In this document: one piece after another, positions 1 to 15,228 of the stretch
How positions within the stretch are numbered: position 1 is the first letter of the stretch
Layout of the letters: the number at the start of each line of letters is the position of its first letter
From: Bigelowiella natans CCMP2755
Taxonomy: Eukaryota; Protista; Cercozoa
DNA: 64,000 nt
NCBI GenBank assembly: GCA_000320545.1
Contig: ADNK01000566.1
Coordinates: 1-64,000 of the forward strand
Reading direction: 5' to 3'
The notes under the pieces: model-generated
Databases searched by the model: none
Told to the model about the DNA's origin: nothing
What the model saw: the letters and a program-made list of their open reading frames with translations, nothing else
Made by a program: the position numbers and the translations under genes

Positions 1-18
1 ATTTTGAGGCAGTGAAAA

Positions 19-65
<47 letters not shown>

Positions 66-1330
66 TGCGCTTTCTAATTCATGCACGTTTAGACTCCTAA
101 ATTGTCTTTTGCGACCTTGATCTCATCGCCCTCTGGATCTGCTTTAAAGTTAAGCTGGTATACCTATATCATCAACGGGAGTAGATCAATCGATTTTCTC
201 TATCTCAGTAGGCGAACTCATTCGGTTCGGCAATTTTGGCCTCGTCGTGTGGTCTCAGTTGGTACTGCCTCCCTTCATTACGTACAACTTTTTCGCGATT
301 CATGATCTCGCATGCACTTGTTTTCAAATAAACAGCCCCCCTCTATGATATATTCCCTTCCCCTGAGTCCTTCATTCGTATCGGCGTACCCCTTCCTCTG
401 CCATCGCAAATCAGTTTCAGGTGTGGCGTTTCTCTATCCACGTTTATCAGATCAAGTACCTGAAACATGCCCTATATTGAAAGTCGTTTTATCAGGAATG
501 CACCGATATATTTATATGCGACATAAATTGTTAAAAGTCTTACACTAAAATAAAAGGCGATCGATGGCAATAAGATTTTTCTGGAAGGGACGTAAGACAG
601 TCCCAGAGAGTTCAGAGATCCTCAAGAGAGCCTCTGACGAAATCCATGTCGCTCGAAACGGCTGAGTAACGGATGAGGCAGCATCAACCTTCTCAGATCA
701 GATACTGTTTTTTGGTCATATCCTCGATGAAATATTGTACCCCTCGAGCGGCTCCAATTTCGTTCCTTCTTCTCTTCTGGAGCTCCCGAGACAGTTAGAA
801 CATTTTTATACGAAGTTCTTTGGTATTCACTTTGTCCCAGATCGGCTCGGGTGTTCCATTTGTAGAGGGTAGTGCACATGACAAAAGCAAATAGGCGATG
901 GGAGTGGTTTTCTATGATGCGACATACGAAAATTTCATGTCGTCCATCTCTAACTCCGATCAATTCGCTTTAAAAAAACCATCGTCGAAGACTGCCACCC
1001 CAACTTGTAAAGCTCCTGCCAATTCCGCTTCCCCTGTGAGGTACTCACATCAACTCGATTCGTAGCGAGACTGCGGTTCGCTGGGTAGGGGAGAGTTCGA
1101 ATGGTTGGGAGAATTATAATGTGTTGAAGGATCTCAGCTCCAGATAGATTTGCATGGGCACTTTGGCGATCGCATAGAAAAAAGAGCTTCGAATGCCTAA
1201 GATCTCGCTCGACTCCCCCTTTTTAGCCTAGTTTTGGCCGTAACTCAACATATCCGTGCTTGACAAAAATTAGGAAGATTTTCTGTGCGCTATGTTTGGG
1301 GGCACAGTCGATGATTCATCCACCCCGATT

Positions 1331-1605
1331 ATGGAAACATCGTTGTGGAACTTCCTCGTCTCTGAAGGCGCCATCCCCCCGGATAGCGTAGAGGTATGTG
1401 GAAAACGATCTAAGGTTGATGATAAGAGAAGGCTGTAAATACAACTCAACTTCTGGGTTATTTTGAACTTTTTTTACGCAGGGAAAGAAGGACGAAAAGT
1501 GTGTACTTAACAAGATTGGACAGGTACTCCCATGTTGAATAATACGTATGATATGCATGCACGCGCGCACGCACACATACACGCACACAAACACACGCAC
1601 ATTTA

Positions 1606-1665
<60 letters not shown>

Positions 1666-4600
1666 CTATGTCTGTCTCTGTGTGTGTGTGTGTATTAAAG
1701 GCGGCCCTACACAGTGGATTCTCTGTGGGAGTCCTTCTTAAGAAGCTTTGTTCACAGGTCGTATGATGTCCTTTTGGACCAACAAAATTTTGCTAATTAA
1801 TTTATCATGAACATTTTATCAGGCACATGTCGACCCCGGATCTTACGAAGTAGTGGCATCAAATAAGGCCCAAAACCGAGTCCAAAACTGGTAATTGTTT
1901 GAAGTAGTAGACACATTGTCTTTTAAATGTGACACCAAGATCTGGAATGTTCTTAAATTGATTTTTTCCTTCTTTCGTTCATATACTCCTTTGCAGGCAA
2001 TGGGTGTCTGAGGTGACAACTAACAAAAGAAATGATAGAGATGGCGAAATTAAACATGAGAGATGGGAGTGAAAAAGCTCCTACGCGTCTCCTTCCAAAC
2101 TTGCCTCATATTATGTCATTCGACCGCCCCCTCACTTCTCTTTCTTTTCAAAATTGATCAATCAGACTATGTCTAAGCTGTCCAAAGTGGAAGTGCAGCC
2201 GATCGATTCTACCGCTAAAATGCTCGCAGTGTAAGCGCAACCATCCATATTACGACTAGAAACTGCCATTGTCTCTCCTCTCCAGTATTTACATTTATTC
2301 GCACACGCTCACAACACATCAATGAGTGCGTAGAAAATAATTTTAAAATATAATGTATTTCTTGTGTGTGTGCGTGTGTGTGTGTGTGTGTGTGATGTAC
2401 CGTGGCAATTTATGTACGCTGGGTTTTCTGTTGCAGTTCTGGAGACTTTGGAGTTATAAATGCTATCCTTTTCGACTTGAAAGCTGCGATTGGCCCAATG
2501 GCAAGGTTCATAAAGTGATGTATAGATACGCATAGCGGGACAATTTAATGTAACATATATAATTTCTTACATGTGCTAACCGCAGTGCTCCGGTTGTCCG
2601 CTCGGAACAAAATGGTAACCGTCCTACAGCCGTTGCTACGTCAAGGTTTGAAACATGTAAACACTACTAACGCACACGACCTCACGTATCTCAATCTGTT
2701 GTTTCTGCTGCTTGCAGCGACTGCTCGGTAGGTTCCAATCTCCGCCCAGTTCTCCAGCCAATGAGTGCCGTGCGCATTGATAGGTAAATATCTCGCTTTT
2801 TGTGGAAGATAGTCTTCGTGTGTACTTGATGACCTCCCCCCCTCTCTTCCTCACACTGCTTCCCTTCTTAGGATGCGACAGGTTCTCGTCGAGCGTCTGA
2901 AAGCATGTAAGTTCTGTCACGATAGCAACCAACCGACCTACTGGCAACAGAATGAATGAATTGACTACATGTAAGGGTGCCGCATAGCGCTCCTTCCACT
3001 TCCTGGACGGATGAGAGGATATCCTGAAGAGAATATTGTGTTGTATTGTGTTGGTGTTGTGTTGCTGGCTGCGGGTGTGATAGGTGTTGGGGGCGAAGCC
3101 GCTGAGGATCTCGTCCCATCATCTGAGGTAGTGAGCATGGTGGCGCACTTCGCGTTCCTTATAATCCACGATGCACTAGTCCTATTTTCCCGTCTTCTCT
3201 TGATCAAACCACGAACAACATTTGTAGGTGTACCAATCCCAGCCTCTGAACCAAAGCTGCCTGGCGTTGCATCGAGGGTATTTACGAAGCACATTCCTCC
3301 GCATGCATGTTTTAGAGAGAGGAGAGGGACGAGAAAAGTATGTAGGGGGGGGTGATTATTCGATGGAATTACTGTGAACAATATGTATATATACATATAT
3401 ACAATATCGACAGCCTCGTGGTTACCCTGCCGCCTTTTCTTTACTGTCTTTCTCTTTTGTGTAGGCTGATGCACGGATTTGAAAGCACTGAGCTCAAAGG
3501 ATCCTCTTATCAATCGCTTCTGACATGGATGAGCACTCTGATGGACCAGAGGATGAATGGAAGTAAGGCAGCAGCGCATAGTTGAAGTTGTAGTAGCTGT
3601 AGCTAATATAAACATCTAGAAAATAGTGCTGTGATGTGAATCGAGTGAGAGTATAAATAGAAGGAGCATTTGGGTGCGTATTTACATGACAAAGACTTGT
3701 TATAATGAGCCTATACCTCACAAAGCACGCACACACACACACACACACACAAACATATATACAGGTGATTTCACGCATATCGCCTCCGCGGTGAGGCTGA
3801 TAAAAGACGCTGCAGGTGTCAACTACTTTCTGCATCTCTTCGTCTTGGGGCTAAAGTCACACGATAAAGACGTCGTCGTCGCAACTGCAAGGTAAACCTC
3901 TCGCTTGCTTTGTCCCTCTCGGTATCGCAATGACTGTGAGGAATTGGACCGCAGAACTAGCGGCTTTCTTTTCCCATAGCACTTAGATTATCATTAACTC
4001 CAACTGCTGCCTTCATTGCCTCCTTCTCACTGTCTTCTCGTACATTGCTTTCAAGGATTTTATGTTTCGTCTGCGAGCACATCAGCGTAGAGTTGCTGCT
4101 ACCATTGTACATGTGGTTCTACAAGGGCGATCAAGAAGGTATGGGATACACAGAACCACATGAAACCTGAGGAAAACTTTGGGGGGGGTAAGGAAGAGGA
4201 TGAAGGAAAGAAAAGAGAAACTTCTGCGTAAACCTCATTATAGCAACGTAAACACCTCTACTTTTGCGTGAAATATTGTATTGCCAATAATTGCCAGGCG
4301 CAAGGATACTAACTGAGGCGTTTTCGAGGCAGCCTCACCTCCATTCCACTCTATTTCGGGTGCTTAGAGCCACGGCGGGCGAGAAGATAGCACAGGTGAC
4401 CGGTTTATATTGAAGGGGAAGACTGATTTGCGCGCACAGAGAGTTGTATTTATTAATGCCGATCTTGTTGGTATGCACGTACTTACGTGAATAATAAAGG
4501 TGATCACGGAAACTCTTCCATTGGTGATGAAAAGCAAGATAGATTACTTCGCACTCATGGCAGAGATATTACCTTTGGTACGTTCTATGAGAACATGCAG

Positions 4601-6117
4601 CAGTTCTCCCCCTCCCCCCTCTCTACTCTCTTTGTCGTCTCTATATCGTTCTATCTGCTTATTTCAGGATGTCTTACTGTGTGCATGTCATGTAAGTGTT
4701 GTGCGGTAATCGTGGTGTCGATGGTTGTTTTTGTGCTGCATAGATTTCGAAAGAGGAGTTGTCTGAGCGAGGGACCGAACGCATTATTGTGACTTTGCTT
4801 GACGCCGGGCTTAAATACTGCAAGGAAGCAGATAATGGTATTTACGCCATGTGGCGATGCTATTTTTGTCATGGCCTTTGTAGTTGCTGGCCGTTGCACA
4901 GACGGTTCATACATCGAAGAATACCTGCTTCTTTCACTTTCGTTCATTTTAACTCGTATTTTATCAAAAGGCTCGAATTCAAAAGCCATCTCTGCGCTGC
5001 AAATGCTCACGGCTGTATGGGTTCGCTTACAAAAACAACACTTCATAGATAGATCCCATCAAAAACGCTTACATTCGTGCATGCCGCGCAATACTCAGAA
5101 CACAACAAAGTAGTTAGGTGTTGCCCGATATTCACTTCCGCTGGCAGAACACGAAGTTGTTATGTGCTCTGTACCCGATGAGGGGCTAGCAGCAGTTCAG
5201 AAGATATATCTCCCCTCCCCTTCCGTTGCTCGAAGCCTGCGACATGCCCCCCTTTGGAAGACTGCGCTTAGATTCACCAAATATGATCATTCTGTTATGA
5301 AGGTGAGTTTTCCCAGTTTTCTTCCAGCCGGGGGCAAGCTAGCCGATGGAATCTTAGACGCTCTGCGGCACACGTGCAAGGAAGCCCCATCTCAGGTGCG
5401 ATTTCCCACAATCACTTATGCTGAGGAGAGGCGTCTGCAGTCTCACCGAAGCAATGATTGACGACAATAGTACTAGTAGCCATTGATAAAAACAATATGA
5501 ATGATAGATATCATCATCGCTAATGAAGAGGATTGTGACAGGTGAAGCTGGCAAGCTTGTCTTGCTCCTTCGATCTCCTCTACGTGCTGACGAGGGCAAA
5601 GCACAAGTCCGCAGCAACGGTCTTGTACGCTTCATATCGTCTGACATATCTCTGCTTTGTTGCTGTTACTATGCTGCGAATAATCGTGAGCACTCAGCCC
5701 ACTCATATGTGCTTGAAACTATAACTATTAGATTTACAAGTCGTTGGTCTTCTCTTTGATCGAGACACACGTGGGCGTGGTTGAGGGCATGCCTGGCATT
5801 CATGTCGTTCACCAGTTCTTGCAGGCCAATTTGAAAACGGCGCTCCGGAAAATCCCCTCACTTCCTGTGCAAGTAGTTATATATATATATACACATAGAA
5901 CGGTTTCTTCTGCATGTTTTGGGCGTGTATGGCAAAAAGTGGAATCGTGAGTACAGAAACGCACGCTAGCCATAAGGAAAATAAACAAATATACTACTGC
6001 TGCTGCTGCTCAGGTGATGGTTGAACCGTTGATAAAGCAACATGTGTCGCAAGGCTACAATAATCTGGACTTAGACTTCTTCCATTCCATTGCCATTCAT
6101 CCTCGCCTAGGTGCTAA

Positions 6118-6157
<40 letters not shown>

Positions 6158-6169
6158 CATGGAGAGATG

Positions 6170-6226
<57 letters not shown>

Positions 6227-7774
6227 AATTCGGCTGGTGTTCTAAAATTGTTGACACGCACCACGTACCATTATTGTGAACACCGCATAGGAATACGACA
6301 AGCCCTTCTACTGCTGCATTTCGTGGCCAAAGTCGCTATCAACGACATTGTTTACGGGCAGCTTTCGTCAAAACTTGTCTTCTCGCTCCTCGACCGCTTT
6401 CATAATCAACCTGCCGTCCAAAACTACTTGGTGAGAGAGCTAATAGCTTTCGTGTTGTACGGTGTAGATCGTGACCTTCCCCCTCCCCCCGCCCTATCGC
6501 TCCCGAAATCTGCGTCCATCTTCCTTTTTGTGACTAGACTAGATGTGACACTAGGTGCACGTGTTTTGTCATGTGTTAGGTAAAGTACATGCGTGTGGCC
6601 TTCTCCCTGCTCATACGGGCGACAGAGATGCTGGACAATGTCACCAAAGGTACAATGGTACAGTTGTGGATGAATGATTATGAATGCAGTAGCATGCAGT
6701 CTTATACCTATTGGACTTCGAATCCGATTGATTTTACCTTCCCCTAGGCGAAGAGGGAGAAGAGGAAGAGGAAGAAAATGACGAGAAGAATGATAATGCC
6801 AACGCACCAGAACGTCTAAATCTGGTAGTGACTAACTAACGCCAAGGGCGATGTTCGTGTAATATCGATTCAAATAATTGTTTTGATCAACCGTATGCAA
6901 ATGGTGGATATGGTGTATGTAATACACCAGTATGATTACTTAGATTGAGCAACTTTTCCTTCCTGGTGTTGCGCACTCCTCGTTCCTCTTATAGTAGATC
7001 ACTACAACCACTACGCCGTTTTCATTGAATGGTTCATTCCGTGCAATCCATCTTTTAATTTAGGTGATTCAGATGATCGAAAAAGTTTGGAACGCTATGT
7101 GCAGCCAACTGTCCTTCAAGTCACAGGTTGTGTGGTGCTACTGAGATGTAGTAGTAGTAGTATTGGTAGTACGTAGTAGCATAGAGGGCTGCCAACATAT
7201 GTGAGGAGGACAAAATAAGTAGCCGATACAAAATTCACATTCAATCATCCTCACCACTCTTCCTCGCTCCTCTGCCTCCTCAATCTGCCGCCAAAAAGGT
7301 GTCGCCACTCGCACAGTCGGTGATCAAGGATTACAAGGAATTCTTCCCTGACCGAGACGTACCGGAGATTCTCTATAAAATATCGCAGCAAAGGAAGTCC
7401 CCAAAAGCTTACGAACCGGGCGAGAGTGATGGTGTGTTAAGTGTATTCTTCTCATATAGTAGCGTGTATCTCATATGTTTAATTTATCACTGTGCTTGAC
7501 GTCCTGTGTGGTACACTTGCTCAGCTAAGAAGCCACACACCTCACCAGGAAAACACCGCAGGGCTAAATCAGGTTGATCTGTCGTCCCCGTCATCGCCGT
7601 CTCCCCATCGTTTAAACAATAAATCTTGATGTGTTGTACCTCAATAGTAATAGCAGCACATATTGATATGTGCACCGACAGGTGGGGGCAGTAGAAAGGA
7701 TGAAACGTCTCCTAAGGAGAGAAGAGCACGCAGAAAACCTCATACTGCAGGAGAGGACAAAGGCAAGGCCGCAC

Positions 7775-7814
<40 letters not shown>

Positions 7815-8248
7815 GTGTTCATTATAATGTGTTTGTGGTATTAATTGCGGATATTGACACCGGTTATCATCCACATTTCGAAATAACATTCGCCCGTGTT
7901 GACTTCTCTAAGAATCTGCGTAATGACACATTGCTATTATCATTTCTTTACTTTCTCTAGGATATTCTCATAAGCGTGAGTCTGGCTACTCAAAGCAGCA
8001 GGGTAAAACAGGGACTGGTGGGGGGTATGGTGCTCCTGCGAAAAGGCGTTCCTCGAAAACGAACAAGAAAGGTGCCTCCACCACCCCTCACTCTCTGTGT
8101 GCAGAGTGCATGGCGTTTATGTTGACCTCTCTTCATCTCATTCATCAGGAGATCTTATTGCAGTGAAAGCAGGGGAGATCGCTGACGAAAAGGCAGCAAA
8201 GGCCAAACGAGCCAAAATAGAAGCTCGGTAAGTAATTTCTCTCTCTCT

Positions 8249-8321
<73 letters not shown>

Positions 8322-10367
8322 CACGCGCGTACGTATTCTGGTATTTTAGTGTATCTCAAATGGAAATCTTGACGTCAACCCCCGTTCTTATGTATGATCG
8401 GTTGTTTCTCTCCCCTTCCCCCCTTTTCCAGCATGCGAAAGCGGGAGCAAGACAAAGAGAGGGAGCGGAGGGAGAAGGATGAGTTTGAACGGTATATATT
8501 AATAGTGACGTTATAGTGTCAGAAGAAAGATTGTTGGACCGACAAACAAATGAAACATCTTCGTCAAACGACGCGTATCCGCCTACTTGCCATGGGCGTG
8601 CATTCATACTCAGAAGTTTGTGACTGTCTCTAATTCCCTCCCCTTTTATCTCCACATCCCAGGGAGCGGCAGAAGGAGTTGCAGCGGCAGAAGATAGAGA
8701 GACAGACGCGCCGCCGCATCGAGAAACTACGGAAGGAAAGGATGCAGAAACAGGTATGTCGTTCGGCCGATCGTCTTCGTGCGCTGCGAGCAATATCCTA
8801 TTTGTTACATATGTGGTATAATTATTATTCTCAATGTTGTTCCTAAATTAGGCGAATAGGCAGAACGTGCTCGGATCCACCCCCGGAGGTACCCAGCCAA
8901 TAAACATTCGCTCTGATGAGCGCTTTATTCATCACCCGAGAATACTCACAACACATACACACGCACACACCATATTTTTTGTGTGACGTTCTTCCTTTGA
9001 CCCGTATTGGATGCATGCAATGCCAGGGACTCCGTTGATAAGCAATGAAGAGGAGATGTTCGGCGATGTGGACAAGAGGCTATGGGGAGAGTTCCGCGTG
9101 CAGATCAAGCGGTCAGCGCCGATATCATGTTTTAGATGTTTTCGTACGCGCAGCATTCGTAGCGATTCTTCCCCGCTTGCCTCCTTACTTCCTCAACGGA
9201 AATCATGCGTGCGCATATCTCAAAACACAAAACAAAACAAATCAAAAAGACCACAAACTCACATCTCCTCTATTCGGAACGACAACCAACAGATTGGTAC
9301 GCACGTACGCTGGCACACGCCCGGACCCGGTACATGATTGCGCATCTTCTTACTCGCTCCTCCTCCTATATAATAAACCACCTAGGGAGAGGATGCGTGC
9401 TACAGAGAAGTAACGTGAATTTTTTACCGCACACAGGTGGCGAAGAAGACATTCAGCGCAATAAACCAAGCCCACAATACGCTATCGTTGGCAGAGTTTT
9501 TGAAGCTCTGGTCAGATCTCAAGATGTCGCCGCACCAGATCTCACGGTAGTTTGAGATGAAATCTAGCTTTGGCTGCTATCCACGAATCCCCAGCTTCGT
9601 TCCCTTCAATCGAATACACCGAAACGCCAACACATGAAAAAGGCATTCATGACCAATCGTTATTGTTTGTGTGCTGTAGGAGAGAGATAACGCAGATGTA
9701 CCGGACATTGGGTGGCAAGGTTGTTTGCGTATTACTATCTACCTATAACCTTTTCGAGGGATAGAAGCATAACTGAGCTCAGATCGATCTCGGCCGGAGT
9801 TTCCCATTGGTTTTCTTTGCTTTGGAGTTTCACTTTCATCGTTTTAAAGAAGCAGAATGTAAATAACTTTCTTTCATCTAAGTATACCGTCCCCCCCCCC
9901 CCCCCATCCCCCTCTCCACAATGATGCAGGATCAGATCTATGGAGCCAGACAGCTGTGTTCTGGTAGTAGGATAGTTGTGTGTCTCATGATGTTTACATA
10001 TGAATACGGCATACCTATAATTTGCGGTCTTCGATGTGTTGCGAGTCTATTTTCGAATGTAACATGAGTGTGTATTGTGGCAGGAATTCGGATGCTGTCA
10101 CAGCACGACAAGACGAAAGCGGCCTTGTCGAAGGTGCTAGGAAAGGACGCTGGAGAGTCAGATGTTGACGAACGCGTACAGGCCATGATGAAGTATCTCA
10201 AGGATACATGGCACCGATGTAACAAATAAAGCAGCAGCAGCAGCGGCGGCGACACGGATCATGGATGCAAATATAAACACGCATGCCAAAAGATAAACCA
10301 AAATTGAATCGAATTAACCATATTTAGTGTGATTTGCATGGTTTTTGTGTCGCGCGCGTGTGTTTGT

Positions 10368-10415
<48 letters not shown>

Positions 10416-11665
10416 TTGGTGTTTGATATTATTTCTTCACATTCCTCATCATTTCTTTTGTGATTCGCCGTCCCTATCCTCCATATCACTCCAGGTAAGT
10501 ACACCCCGCACAGTCTATGGGACCCCCCGAAAAGACAGTCGAAGCGGTGTGGCAGCATTTCAGGTCTTACTCTTAGAAAAAATCAATCATGAATACCGTC
10601 CGCGACACTGAGAGCAACGAGCGGAAATCTTCTCCGCGCGGCGATCTAACATCTCCCGTGTATGCTTTACGTGCTTGCAGAAGCTGAGATCCAAAAGAAA
10701 ACGCAAGAGCTAAACAAGCTTTTAGGTGGGACACACAGCCGAAGGATTCGTGTTAATATTGATAAGTTGTGTGTGTATGTGTGTATGTGCATGCAATGCG
10801 CGTTTATGGTTCTGATCACCGAACTTCATATACTACTCTACAACTGCGCAGAGGCAAATCCCCAGGCGGAGTTACCAGAGAGCTTCGAGAAAAAGACTGT
10901 CAAGAAGCTCACAAAAACATGGCCAGAGGCCGAGGAAGCTGCGAAAGAGGTAGGTGCAGTAGCAGTGGCTACTCCTCAACAGAATGGCATTTCCAACCGA
11001 TGAGATGTTTACATGTTGTTGTAGTACTTGCTTGAGAAAAAGGACATTCCTTCTGAGATGGGCCATACTGCTGTATAGAGATGTATTCCAATGAACATCG
11101 TCCCTCCCCCCCTCCCACCCCTTTAGGCGTTGGCCGGTTTGCTTAAAAAGCAATTTGAGATGGTATATGATTTCGGCGACCCGCCTGAGGTAGTTTTAAT
11201 GCGGGCCTAGAAGAATATTCTATGCTACTTTACAGTCGTGATTATGTACCAGCGTGGATCACAAACTCTGCAGCAAAGCTTTGCATCAACGACCCACCTC
11301 TTCCCTTCTCCTTTCCCCCCCCCCCCCCCCCTTCCTCACAGCGGGAAACGGAGGTGCTCGAAGCTGTATACACAGGCAAGGGCGACTCGAAGAGAGGTAC
11401 GTCGTTAAATGTTCGCTATCGCAGGAAGTAGGCTCTTATGTCGTCGTGATCCATGTTCTTGAGATAGGCGGATTTTTAACAACTTGTATGGGTGGTTTTT
11501 TGATGCTGGTGTCTATTCGGTGGGGTGCAGACTCAGAACCTGCTCCTACGAAGTCCAAATACGCCCCAAATCGCAGGAGAAAAGAGAGGGGGGTTGGCCA
11601 TGGTGCATTCACATACGGGGGGGTATATTTTTTGGGTTTTTTTTTTTCCCCCCCCCCCCCCCCCC

Positions 11666-11717
<52 letters not shown>

Positions 11718-12964
11718 ATCTCTCTCTTTTGTGTGTGTTCGTGTGTGTGTGTAGAGGAAGAGAGAGAGGAGGGCCGCATAAAGAAATGTATTTGCATCAT
11801 TTTCACTGTATGCATGTGTAGGAAAAACGGAAAAAAGACGAGGAGACCAAGAAAGAGGAGATGAAAAAACTTGAGGAACGCCGAAAAGAGCAGCACAGGT
11901 GTTTCATCAAAAGGAGTACGCACGCGCACTACAAATTCCTTTATACACATGTGCATATATCGTGCGCGCGTGTACCTGTTTGTGGATTTTTCCTCATGTA
12001 TCATGACCGCCCCCACCTCCTCAATTTCATACTACTACTACTACAACTACTGCTTCTACTACTACTTCCTACACAGGAAAATGGCGATAAAGATGGCCCA
12101 AGCTCAGATCAAGAAGAAGCAGAAGAAGGCCCAGAGAGAGAAGGAGCAGCGAGAAAAGGAGGAAGAGGAACAGAAAAAGAAGGAGGAGGAGCAGAAGAAG
12201 CAAGCTGTGATCCGCAAGAAACGCAAGGTATGTTTTAATTACATCACATCGTGCTAAGTGTTGCATCATTTCGGATTGCTATGTAGATACTGAACATTGT
12301 ACAATCGTGCAGCACGAATGCATAGACACACACACACGCACACACTCACGCACACACGCGCGCATGCGGATGGCCAAAAGGGTGTGCACATCACATCATG
12401 AACCGTTGGTGGTTGATCTCATCATCTCCCCATTTGCTATACTCATCACGCTTCCACCTTCTTCTTGCTTTGTTCTTTACGACATCTTGGCCTCTATCCT
12501 GCATCCCTCAGGAAAAGATTAAGAAGTACAAGCAGCAGAAGGCTGAGGAAGAACGGAAGAAGAAAGAACGTGGGTCTAACGATTTGTTACCACACTTTTT
12601 TGTTATATTACGTACCAGGCTGCTACGTCCTGCGCCCGCTCATTGCCCGCAAAAGTACTTTGTACCCTTAATCCCTTTCCGTTGATGTTGCAGAGGAAGA
12701 GAAGATGAAGAAAATAAAGGAGGAGGAACAGAAGAAAAAGATCGCGCTGTATCTGAAGATGAAAAAGGAGAAGGACAAGCTCGAAGCCGCGAAGAAGAAG
12801 GAGATGGAGGCATTGCTGGCCAAACAAAGAGAAGAAGAGGACGCAAAAAAGAAGGAAAAGGAGGCGAGAGAGGTTTGTACAGCAACCCTTTTGCTTCGCT
12901 GCACAACATGTATGAAGCAAATTACAATATGAAAATTTGTATGAATTAGATATGACTATTACTG

Positions 12965-12995
<31 letters not shown>

Positions 12996-13988
12996 CACTA
13001 CTACTACTACACGTGCACACACAGAAAGCGCGGGAGGACAAAAGGAGGAAAGAGGCAAAGGCAAAAGTAGAAATGCGTCGAGTGAAGAAAGAGGAGGAGA
13101 AGAAAGCCGCAGAGCTTGCCAAAAAGAAGAAGCAAGAGGAGGATGCTGCAAAGGAAGCGGTAAATTTTCAGTACATTGTTATCATTCACTCCGTAGCACA
13201 GGCAAGAAGACAGGAAGAAGAACAACAACAACAACAGCGAAATCATATGTGGAATGCCTGTATCAGCTTTGATATGCCAGTAAACTAGTGTATAATTCAT
13301 GGAACACAGGCAAAGGAGAAACGCATGCAGGATCGCCTGGCTCGAAGGGCCAAGAAGGTGAAGAAGCAACTGGAAGAAGGTCTTGACTGACTGTAGCATT
13401 ATTAAGATGGTGTGCATGCAAACGCGAGCTCGAGTTAGACACATGGTTCCTTCTCTTATAATCATATATCTGAACACATACTCCCAATCTGAGTAAGTAC
13501 ACCACTAGGATCTCTCCCAGCACGAATTGCTCACATCCTTCTCTTTCTTTGTTGCTACTACGTGCGTGCATAATATACCGTTGGTTTCTGTCGTAGCTGA
13601 GAAATCACAAGCAGCCAGCAATGCAGATGCAAAAGGGCAGAGTGGTGGCAAAGCAGCCACAAAGGGCAAGAAGGTCAGAGACTTCCTAATCTACATCCGC
13701 ATTCACGTGCACTCGTTGATACTCACGAATTAATATTTTAAAAAATCATTAAAAATTGATACACGACGTATCTGTGGATTAGACTCCGAAGAAGAAGGCT
13801 GACAAAACAAGCCCCATCATTTCACCAAAATCGGGTGCAGAGGCATTATCCGACTTTGCAATGACGGATGACGAAGGACAGGAAAAGGTCGTCCTTCAGG
13901 CAGTACAAGTTGGAGACGAAGGCGGGGGTATTATCATCCGTAGTTCCGTTTGTAGATACACATGTGGCATATTGATCCTTTACAATAC

Positions 13989-14026
<38 letters not shown>

Positions 14027-14457
14027 CCTTGCACAAACACGATTAATGAGTACAACTAGTATGTCCCACCACACAGTAAGATAGTTGTAAGTGGCTCCTA
14101 AATAAGATCTTTATCGGTCGCTATGTAGAAACTCTGGTAAATGCCGATGGCAAAGAGGAAGAATGGAATGTGCAGAAAGAAGAAAAGAAGGGAAAAGGCG
14201 AAGATGGGGCCACAGAGACACCAGCTGCCAAGGAGGAAGCTAAAAAGGATGAAGCTGGAGCGGACAAGGAAGAAGAAGCAAAAAAAGAAGAAGCCGAGAA
14301 AGAAGAAGCTAAGAAAGAAGAAGCTAAGAAAGAAGAAGCTAAGAAGCAAGATGCTGAAAAGGAAGATCAGGCAAAGGCGGGGAAGGAAGAGGACGAAAAA
14401 AAATCTGAAGAAAGTGAAAAGCCAGCACCAGAGGAGAGCGGGGGGAAAGAGAGTTGA
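1331..14457 (+). CDS. Large multi-exon protein: N-terminal calponin-homology-like segment, central helical (ARM/HEAT-like) region, long E/K-rich coiled-coil C-terminus; function unknown. The 5' end is uncertain and it could be two genes.
   Basis: GT-AG exons read METSLWNFLVSEGAIPPDSVE, GFSVGVLLKKLCSQ, AHVDPGSYEVVASNKAQNRVQNW-QWVSE, IDSTAKMLAVSGDFGVINAILFDL (CH-like NW…GD pattern). Middle exons: IYKSLVFSLIETH…LRKIPSLPVQ-VMVEPLIKQHVSQGYNNLDLDFFHSIAIHPRL-GIRQALLLLHFVAKVAINDIVYG. E/K-rich exons at 11.8-14.45 kb end …EESGGKES* at 14457. Confidence 0.6.
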
Positions 14458-14559
14458 TGACTCGAGCCTAGAGTGCAGTCATTAAAAAGGCCCCAGTTTT
14501 TGCGCTTTGTTTTATAGACCAGAGGACATGGAACATTTTGGCATGCGCACGTCATCCCT

Positions 14560-15200
14560 CCTGAATTAGTGGCCAGATATACAGCAGCACCATGCTATGA
14601 TCGAATTAGAACTTGGATATGCATCCAAGTCTGTGTGGAGGTAGTTTTAAACTTAGCCCGCGTGCAGTTCGCGATCGAGAATGCTACCTGATTGCCTGCA
14701 TATGGGCTCAATTTTGAGTGTAAACAACAAAGGAAGTCGGACAGCATACCGAACATGCTAGCATGTTACCAGCGCAAGACATGCTCATAAACACTAAATA
14801 TCATAATTATCACCTAGATGTTATATCCCAAGTCGTGTCCATGTGTAGCTAGATATGCAAGCATGCGCACAACGGCTGGACTACTCATTCGCTAGTTTTA
14901 CGCTACAATAATTAGTTGTGCAATAAGCATGCACAATTATTTGTATGATGCAGATCGTGATGAGCGAGCTTGGTGATAAATTATGTTAAATACAGCATGT
15001 GCTAGCGTGCACAAACTAATACATGCGTTACGTGGTTGCATCATTACAATGACGACTAATATAGATTTTTTAAACTAAATAAATAATACAGATTATAATA
15101 ACCGGATTGTGGTTAGCGCGATGCCTCACTAGATACACAAGGAGCTCCCGGCAGAACAACAGATTACCCCGTCGCTTGACCCACAGCTAGCGCAAAAAAG
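14560..15200. other. Convergent intergenic spacer rich in CATG/TGCA/CTAG/AGCT words
   Basis: Examples: catgctagcatg, gtagctagatatgcaagcatgcgc, cagcatgtgctagcgtgcac. It lies between two stop codons. Confidence 0.55.
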
Positions 15201-15228
15201 CTACAGGGCCGTGGTTTTAGTCCGCCTG

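Noticed and set aside
102-1300. Possible gene at window start (e.g. ORF 622-963 minus)
   Set aside because: I could not build a consistent exon chain or recognise a motif.
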